Below are positions 1 through 5,866 of a DNA stretch of 11,188 bases, piece after piece (position 1 is the stretch's first letter; the number at the start of each line of letters is the position of its first letter). The translations under genes were made by a program, and so were the position numbers. The DNA is from Candidatus Thorarchaeota archaeon (GTDB lineage Archaea > Asgardarchaeota > Thorarchaeia > Thorarchaeales > Thorarchaeaceae): assembly GCA_048882485.1 (NCBI GenBank), contig JBHLRP010000078.1:1-11188 (forward strand). Direction: 5' to 3'. Below the pieces are notes generated by a model. It was not told where the DNA came from and made no database searches. It was given only the letters and a program-made list of their open reading frames with translations.

Positions 1-41
1 GAACTGGAATCATAAAACTGTACATGGACTTCGGGCTGCGC

Positions 42-48
42 ATTTAAA
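42..48 (-). promoter_or_regulatory. Putative archaeal TATA box (TTTAAAT) for a gene running off the left edge
   Basis: Minus strand reads ggtaatcTTTAAATgcg, upstream of two in-frame ATGs at 25 and 13. The gene itself is truncated by the window. Confidence 0.3.
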
Positions 49-126
49 GATTACCTTCCGGCGGCAGTCGGTAGAGCCTGAGGCGATTTGTATGTCATAA
101 AAACCTTGTCTAATTGACAGTGATTT

Positions 127-1041
127 CTAAGGCGCTGGGCGTCTAAGCACCACATTGTCACCCTTGTTCGCAGAGGTCGCTCTAGAGATGTGAGCACACT
201 TTCCCCTCGTGACATAGTATGTTTCTATTCCAAGTTCCCTTTGAATTTCAGGGAATGACTCAATATTGGCCTGTCCTTTTGAAATGACTATGTCACTATT
301 CTGCACCGCATCAAGAAACTCCTTGCTTACCAGCCTCTTGGGAACACCGTAGGCCCAGGCGCCAGTGTCAATAATCTTCGATAGAAGCTCTACTTCCGTA
401 CCCTCGACATCTGATCTAACTGCATCATTGGCGAGTGGCTTCCCTTTTACTGCATAGCTAACCTGCCATCCACAATCATTGATTATTCGAAGCAGTGGAA
501 TATCAAAGAGAGTTTCACCTGCATTATCACCCAGAAAGAGGACCTCCCCTTTCCTAGAGGTCAGAGAGTGCCATAGATACTCAGAATGGTCGACTGCAAA
601 TCCTTCTTCAAGTATCTCCTCGTAGATTCTACTGAGCGTTTCAAGATTAGGACTATGACCAGCTGTGTTGAAATCGATTACATTTCCTGCAATAGCTCCC
701 GCCAAGGCAGCCCTGAGTTTCTCGTATCCCTCTTTTTCTGATATGGACTTTTCAACAGCTGGAAGGGCCTTCTTTGCAGCCTCGATGCTCCTCTTCTTAA
801 TCTCAGCATATGGATCCTCTTTGCCTGATCTTTCATAGAGTTCTCTATAGAGATCGACCGCCAGCTCCAGTGGAGGTTCTCTTCGCTCGTAGCCCTTTGC
901 GATTCTGCGGTAGGCGTGGTTGTATAGATTATATTGTTCATCTTTGTCTTCCGACAGCAAAGGAATCAATAGACCAAGAGAGTCAACAATGCAAGCGGAG
1001 CATTCGGGAACGAGAGGAACATGAATCTCGTTAGTATTCAT
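127..1041 (-). CDS. DUF89 / ARMT1-like metal-dependent damage-control phosphatase (PH1575-like subfamily I)
   Basis: Motifs in family order: ECSAC (CxxC), DPY..IKKRS, AIAGNVIDF, FLGDNAGE, KGKPLANDA, ISKGQANIES, GKC. Start ATG 1041 preferred (homologues begin just before CxxC); alternative ATG 1059. Overlaps the stop of the upstream acetyltransferase. Confidence 0.9.
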   Translation of the reverse strand: MNTNEIHVPLVPECSACIVDSLGLLIPLLSEDKDEQYNLYNHAYRRIAKGYERREPPLELAVDLYRELYERSGKEDPYAEIKKRSIEAAKKALPAVEKSISEKEGYEKLRAALAGAIAGNVIDFNTAGHSPNLETLSRIYEEILEEGFAVDHSEYLWHSLTSRKGEVLFLGDNAGETLFDIPLLRIINDCGWQVSYAVKGKPLANDAVRSDVEGTEVELLSKIIDTGAWAYGVPKRLVSKEFLDAVQNSDIVISKGQANIESFPEIQRELGIETYYVTRGKCAHISRATSANKGDNVVLRRPAP

Positions 1042-1543
1042 TGGAATCTGCTTCCTCATTCGTGCCTTCCCTTTGTCGAACCATTAGATATGCGTCTTCG
1101 CCGTCACGGTAGTAGCCCTTCAAGACACGTCCAACTTCGAAGCCCAATTTTTCGTATACTGTCACAGCTGCCACATTGCTCTTTCTAACTTCTAGGAAGA
1201 ACTCTGTTGCACCATAGCTGACCATTCCATCCATCCCGAGCTTTATGAGATCTGTCCCGATTCCTCTATGCCGGTAGTCATGCATCACCGCAACAGATAC
1301 AATGTGTCCCTTCTTCACGGGAAATGCCCTCTTGAAGCTTGAAATACCTCTCTCAATTCTGCACATGATATAACCAATGATTTTCTGATCTTCAAGGGCA
1401 ACAAGAAATGCCTTGGGGGCATGCGTATGAAGACCTAGGAAAAAAGAGCCAGGATAGTTTTCAGGCAAGCAAGTCTGGTTTATTCTCATGACTTCATCTA
1501 TGTCTTCCTTCATAAATTCGCGAACGACATAAGTTACTGTCAC
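1031..1543 (-). CDS. ard1: N-terminal (N-alpha) acetyltransferase, archaeal Ard1/NAA10-like GNAT (often annotated RimI)
   Basis: LPENY motif, IIGYIMCRIE, KGHIVSVAV, acetyl-CoA motif YRHRGIG, LEVRKSNxxA, GYYRDGEDAYLM. GTG start with GGGAG (1554-1558) 10 nt upstream. Confidence 0.93.
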   Translation of the reverse strand: MTVTYVVREFMKEDIDEVMRINQTCLPENYPGSFFLGLHTHAPKAFLVALEDQKIIGYIMCRIERGISSFKRAFPVKKGHIVSVAVMHDYRHRGIGTDLIKLGMDGMVSYGATEFFLEVRKSNVAAVTVYEKLGFEVGRVLKGYYRDGEDAYLMVRQREGTNEEADSNEY

Positions 1544-1640
1544 AGTTTGCCGGCTCCCAGGTTATCTTGACTCGGTCACAGAAATTCAGTCTTCTTTTAT
1601 GGCTTATGCCGCGATAAATTTGAGCTCTGACTCCACTGTT

Positions 1641-2399
1641 TTACCGATTGTCTTCGCTCCATCGCCGAATATCTTCAGGAGACAGCATAATGTGTTCATT
1701 AGCTGCTGTGATCCAATGGCGAGCGTTCCAAATAGTGAACTCGTGGCCCTCGGGCACCCGGATGGTTCCATTCTCTAATGCCATCTCAATTCTCTTGATG
1801 ATCTCTTCAGCATCTGACATCGCTAGCTCAAGCACACTTGTCATGCCAGCTCCCATGAATATAGCAATGGCATCAGCCACCCATCCCGCAGCTTCACTTA
1901 GAGTAACTTCACACGCTTCCCGAACTCGTTCTGGACTGGAGAGCGCAAGTTCCTCCAGATTGGTAATTCCAATCTCACGAAGTTTCATTCCATATGCCTT
2001 GCCTATCCCATCGACTACCTCAACGGGAATATCATGTTCAAGTCCTGTAGACACTCCATCTACTTCATCTACCGGGATAGCATAGCTTTCCTCTGGCTCC
2101 TCATCTTCCTCCATCATCACAATCTCTTCGAGAGATTCCCTCATTCGCTGCTCAAGTAGATCTATTCTCTCAACAGACATCCCATCCCATCTTCTCCGCC
2201 TTACTCTAGGTGGTGGCTGATTCAATGGGATGCTACATAGCGTATATACAGCTATAAACATAGCTGAGAATAGTACAAGCATCGCCGCGACAGTATTTAC
2301 CCACCAGAGTACGCTGGAAGCTATGAGCAGCACTGCTGCTGCTATGAGGAACATGCCTCTTCGCCTTTGCTCCGGACCAGCGGCTCTATTCAATCCCAA
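1641..2399 (-). CDS. Membrane-anchored helix-hairpin-helix protein (DUF4332/HHH_5-like)
   Basis: Long N-terminal hydrophobic stretch (probably 2 TM) flanked by RRR and PPPRVRRRR. An acidic linker follows, then VDGIGKAYGMKLREIGITNLEELA (HhH) and a second AGMTSVLELA...WITAA module typical of DUF4332. TTG start with AAGGAG (2410-2415) upstream; alternative ATG at 2354. Confidence 0.75.
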   Translation of the reverse strand: MGLNRAAGPEQRRRGMFLIAAAVLLIASSVLWWVNTVAAMLVLFSAMFIAVYTLCSIPLNQPPPRVRRRRWDGMSVERIDLLEQRMRESLEEIVMMEEDEEPEESYAIPVDEVDGVSTGLEHDIPVEVVDGIGKAYGMKLREIGITNLEELALSSPERVREACEVTLSEAAGWVADAIAIFMGAGMTSVLELAMSDAEEIIKRIEMALENGTIRVPEGHEFTIWNARHWITAANEHIMLSPEDIRRWSEDNR

Positions 2400-2409
2400 T
2401 GCGACTTTG

Positions 2410-2492
2410 CTCCTTGAGTTCTACTAGTCGCTCTCGGCTTATAAGCGCAGTTCTTCGGGATGCAAATTGGCTTAAATTGGACATCGCCAATT
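2410..2492. promoter_or_regulatory. Divergent promoter region between the HhH gene and AK6
   Basis: Palindromic GCTTATAAGC (2437-2446), plus-strand TTAAAT (2472-2477), inverted repeat AATTGG-N6-CCAATT (2475-2492), minus-strand Shine-Dalgarno AAGGAG (2410-2415). Confidence 0.55.
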
Positions 2493-2538
2493 CGTTCATA
2501 ACTCATATCCATCTTCAGGAGAATTGAGTGAACCTGAA

Positions 2539-3108
2539 ATGTCTGCTATTCTTGTCGGCGGCACGCCAGGCACAGGGAAGACAAAGGTTGCCAAGATGCT
2601 GGGAACTAGACTCAGTGTACATGTTGTTGAGCTTGGAGAGCTTGCGGAGAAAGCCGGGTGTATCTCTGCTCAAGACAAAGCTAGAGATTCAGGCATTATT
2701 GATGAGGACTGTCTAGTAAATGCTATCCAAGTTGAGGTGGCTGATATCACGAGGCAGGTTATCATTGTCGGCCATTACATCGACTTGGTGCCATATTCCT
2801 CAATCGACCATGTCTTTATACTGAGAACTCATCCCGAAACTCTAAGACATCGTCTCTTGGCACGTGGGTGGTCTGAGCCAAAAATCATTGAAAATGTTGA
2901 AGCGGAAGTGATTGGCGTATGCCAACTGGATGCGTTCGAGTCTTTTGGAGAGGACCTAGTGAGCGAAATCGATACAACCGATACAGCCCCAGCTGAAACA
3001 GTTGATAAAATCCAGAAGATGCTGAAACACCCCATGGAATCTCCGAGAATTGACTGGTTGCGCCAATTGGAAGAGGAAGGCCGACTCGACGAGTTCCTCT
3101 CCAAGTAG
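2539..3108 (+). CDS. Adenylate kinase isoenzyme 6 / Fap7 (hCINAP) family P-loop NTPase
   Basis: ILVGGTPGTGKT Walker A, IIDED, hhhxGH motif, VFILRTHPETLRHRLLARGWSEPKIIENVEAE lid region characteristic of AK6/Fap7, EIDTT. Start ATG 2539 or TTG 2524. Confidence 0.9.
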   Translation: MSAILVGGTPGTGKTKVAKMLGTRLSVHVVELGELAEKAGCISAQDKARDSGIIDEDCLVNAIQVEVADITRQVIIVGHYIDLVPYSSIDHVFILRTHPETLRHRLLARGWSEPKIIENVEAEVIGVCQLDAFESFGEDLVSEIDTTDTAPAETVDKIQKMLKHPMESPRIDWLRQLEEEGRLDEFLSK

Positions 3109-3124
3109 CACATTGACACTCCAG

Positions 3125-3742
3125 CTATATTCTTTCTCTAAGTAGAATCGAAAGAAGCGATAACACTCCAATGAGGAGCATAGTCATAGGTGTAGCTGTT
3201 GCACTAACAGACGCTGATGGAAACGCCTGAAGAGCAACGGATATCCAGAAGTAGACATTCATTCCAGACATTGCCATCATCATTGCAGGGAACACCGACA
3301 GGTATGTCGCTTTTGGATTTGCATATGCGAAGTATCCCAGAGCAAACAGAATTGCTCCTGAAATGAGTGGGAAGATGAAGAAGATATTGTAAGCCTGAAG
3401 TGATCCTGATCCGAATAGAAATACCTCCCAAAATGTGTCGAATCCAATGCCTGGATCATGATACATGACAACTAGAAACTCCGTCCAAATGGACAGAATG
3501 CCTGTGAGGCCCAACACAAGCGCTGGCCATTTGTATTGAAGAAGGCCGAGTTCTTTCCTCCGAAGCTGCTTCTTGAGTTCCTTCGCTTTCTTTCTTCGCT
3601 CTTCTTCTATCTTATCTTCGATTTTCCTCTCTCTTTTTGCCAAGGCATCCTCTTCGTCCATATCCTCCTCGACAGCATCAATTATCTCAGAAGCAAGCTC
3701 GTTTGAACCTACATCATCATCGGAATTCTCTTGGTCGGTCAT
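3125..3742 (-). CDS. Hypothetical integral membrane protein: acidic N-terminus, charged coiled coil, ~4 TM helices
   Basis: 205-aa ORF filling the gap between AK6 and the methyltransferase. D/E-rich start, then a K/R/E-rich helix, then four hydrophobic segments. TATA-like box 24 nt upstream of the ATG. Confidence 0.8.
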   Translation of the reverse strand: MTDQENSDDDVGSNELASEIIDAVEEDMDEEDALAKRERKIEDKIEEERRKKAKELKKQLRRKELGLLQYKWPALVLGLTGILSIWTEFLVVMYHDPGIGFDTFWEVFLFGSGSLQAYNIFFIFPLISGAILFALGYFAYANPKATYLSVFPAMMMAMSGMNVYFWISVALQAFPSASVSATATPMTMLLIGVLSLLSILLRERI

Positions 3743-3766
3743 CGAAGCAATGGCAGCCTTGGCATC

Positions 3767-3773
3767 TATTTAA
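3767..3773 (-). promoter_or_regulatory. Archaeal TATA box (TTAAATA), probable leaderless transcript
   Basis: TTAAATA ends 24 nt before ATG 3742 with no Shine-Dalgarno in between, matching the usual archaeal TATA-to-start spacing. Confidence 0.55.
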
Positions 3774-3795
3774 GCATCGGCATCAGGGCGAGTCT

Positions 3796-5670
3796 TCATG
3801 ACTGCATTCTTGGTCCTTTTTCAACTAGCCTGACCATTTCATTCTCATTTACTATTCCAAGAGACTCTACCACTTCTAGACTTGATAGCGCGTTCACCAT
3901 TTTAGATGAAGCGATTGGCTTCGAAAGCTCGGATATCGCCCTTACTATCGTGTCTATGAGATTGGTTGAGTCAGTCAGGTACATCTCATAGACAAGGGCA
4001 TTGGCGACTTTTTCCAATAGAGCAATTTCATGCTGGGGCTTTGTCTGCGATTTCCTATCCTTATGCAAATCCTGTAATGAATCGAAAAGCTGCTTGAAGA
4101 GTGTCTGGTCCTTTGGCACAATAATTGGTATCTCTTCCATAATTCCTGTATTGAGGCACGTTGTAAGCATCGAGTAATTAGTCAGATACTTGATACAGAG
4201 ATATCTCACCATGCTCGAGTTGAGAATAAGACCCAAGGCTTCAAGCAGAATGCCATCCCGAAGTGGAATAATCTCCACTACACCTCCACCATGAATTATT
4301 CCGGCCTGTTTTATTGCGCATCTTGGGTATGGGTAGTTCTTTGTTGCAACGAGCAGATTGCTTCTGTGAGATTCTCTTAGTCTCCTATCTTCCTTGTATG
4401 TATCATCCGCGTAGAGTAGATATTGAGAATCGAGGTGAAATCTCCTTACGCTTCGTCCACTAGTAGCATAAGGGACTTGAAACTTCTTTGTCCTCTTCTT
4501 GCTAACATGTGATTTCGATAAATCCCGTCCTCTTCGGGCTTTCGCCCATCCTTTGGATGCTCTATCAAGTATTCCCTCCAACAGTGCATCATAATAGATT
4601 GGAAAGACCTTGCTAGATTTCAGAATTCCAAGTGGTACACTTCCCTGCCAATCAATGCCAGGCCTTCTTGACTCGACCTTTATTTTCCTGCCGCTAACCC
4701 CCTTCTCTGCTTTGCAGAAGATGCTCACCATTTCCAGCGTGACACCTTCAAATGGACTCCCTTCGTCGATGATCATCCAGAGCGGCATATCATCAAGGAG
4801 AAATCTTCTAACCCGTCTGAATTGCCGAGTCCTAAGAACACTGTTCGGTATTAGAAAGCCTAGGTGACCTCTGGGCTGAAGCAAGTCATGGGCTCTCGCG
4901 ATGAAAAGAGCGGCTGCATTCCATGTCCCATTTCGACTTCTGCTGACATCGATATTCCATATTTTGCTAATAATGCGCCTTTCGTCTTTCGATAGAATAT
5001 TGCCATAAGGTGGGTTGCCTAGCACGATATCAAATCCCAACCCCTTGCCCATCATTTCTTCAAACTCAACTGGCCAATGAAATGGCAAAAGTTGCATCAA
5101 ACTCCTTTCAGACAAGGTGTTCAATCTATCAAGCATGACCTCGTTAAAGCACTTCAAATCTGCTCGAACACATTTCTCTGGAACCTGCGCCCAGCCAATT
5201 AGACTATTGCCATGCTTGAAATTCCTGCAACGAATCTCATTCGTGAGTCGTTCAGTATTCTTCACCCCAGTCCATGATGCCAATGTTTCAGAGCAGATGG
5301 AAACTGCATCCTGGCGGATATCGACGCCAAATAGATTGTGTTTCACGATATCTGACTTCATTCTATGTGCAGGTCGGTCATCGCCAAGAAACCTTCGTGC
5401 TCTCAGTAGCCATTCGGCTGCACCTTTGAGGAATACTCCTTCGCCAACTGCAGGGTCCAGAATTGCAATATCTTGAAGGCGGTCCAACATTTCCTTCTTG
5501 GAATTGCGACTTAAATCGCCTAGAAAGGGATTAACTTCAAGAGGCTTGCCAATGTGACTGTTGAGAAAAGCCCCAAGAGTTTGACTCGCTATATCAAAGG
5601 CTAGATCTGGCGGCGTATAATATGTACCTGTTCTTCTAACCCTTGTGGCTTGTTCTCCTTGTCTTAGCAT
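3796..5670 (-). CDS. Amino (probably N6-adenine) DNA methyltransferase, gamma class, Eco57I/TaqI-like with C-terminal target-recognition domain
   Basis: Motif X GTYYTP, motif I ILDPAVGEGVFL, NLFGVDI, GNSLIG, FHWPVEF, motif IV FDIVLGNPPY (NPPY at 5005-5016), LGFLIPNS. TaqI_C-like tail GRSVRRF...LILNSS...EEIPI...LVYEMY. No N-terminal nuclease domain. Confidence 0.92.
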   Translation of the reverse strand: MLRQGEQATRVRRTGTYYTPPDLAFDIASQTLGAFLNSHIGKPLEVNPFLGDLSRNSKKEMLDRLQDIAILDPAVGEGVFLKGAAEWLLRARRFLGDDRPAHRMKSDIVKHNLFGVDIRQDAVSICSETLASWTGVKNTERLTNEIRCRNFKHGNSLIGWAQVPEKCVRADLKCFNEVMLDRLNTLSERSLMQLLPFHWPVEFEEMMGKGLGFDIVLGNPPYGNILSKDERRIISKIWNIDVSRSRNGTWNAAALFIARAHDLLQPRGHLGFLIPNSVLRTRQFRRVRRFLLDDMPLWMIIDEGSPFEGVTLEMVSIFCKAEKGVSGRKIKVESRRPGIDWQGSVPLGILKSSKVFPIYYDALLEGILDRASKGWAKARRGRDLSKSHVSKKRTKKFQVPYATSGRSVRRFHLDSQYLLYADDTYKEDRRLRESHRSNLLVATKNYPYPRCAIKQAGIIHGGGVVEIIPLRDGILLEALGLILNSSMVRYLCIKYLTNYSMLTTCLNTGIMEEIPIIVPKDQTLFKQLFDSLQDLHKDRKSQTKPQHEIALLEKVANALVYEMYLTDSTNLIDTIVRAISELSKPIASSKMVNALSSLEVVESLGIVNENEMVRLVEKGPRMQS

Positions 5671-5723
5671 TACATCATCACTATCTTCGAAATTGAGGTC
5701 TAAGATGGTCTGTCATTGGTGCC

Positions 5724-5729
5724 ATATAA
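5724..5729 (-). promoter_or_regulatory. Putative TATA box (TTATAT) of the methyltransferase
   Basis: TTATAT about 54 nt upstream of ATG 5670, with a weak SD-like AGTGA shortly before the ATG. Confidence 0.35.
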
Positions 5730-5866
5730 TGCCAGTGGAGAATGTATTGGCATGTTCACAGGTCAAATGTTAATAATCGTGGGCCAATGCTTCTTCCATC
5801 TGATGTGAGGGTTCTACAATCGCCAGAGTAACCATTTTGGTTCTGGATTTGTATCTAGTTGGAATC

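Noticed and set aside
26-75. cUUCGg and GGCA tetraloop-like sequences suggesting a small structured RNA
   Set aside because: Stems are only 1-5 bp, and no tRNA cloverleaf or C/D box arrangement is evident.
378-1140. Nine TCGA sites in the first 1.14 kb, hinting at a TaqI-like target for the methyltransferase
   Set aside because: Small sample, explicable by codon usage, and specificity cannot be inferred from the fold class.
1648-2427. Plus-strand ORFs 1648-2085 and 2230-2427
   Set aside because: Ser/Ile/Ala-rich antisense mirrors of the HhH gene.
3761-3784. GCATC repeated three times around the TATA box
   Set aside because: A 5-mer with irregular spacing, compatible with chance.
3796-5670. 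BREX PglX, DISARM or type IIG restriction-modification island
   Set aside because: The protein has no nuclease domain and is much shorter than typical PglX, and there are no companion defence or mobility genes in the window.
5671-5866. 196-nt intergenic region checked for ncRNA, CRISPR repeats or IS ends
   Set aside because: No repeats, strong stems or terminal inverted repeats were seen beyond a TATA-like box.
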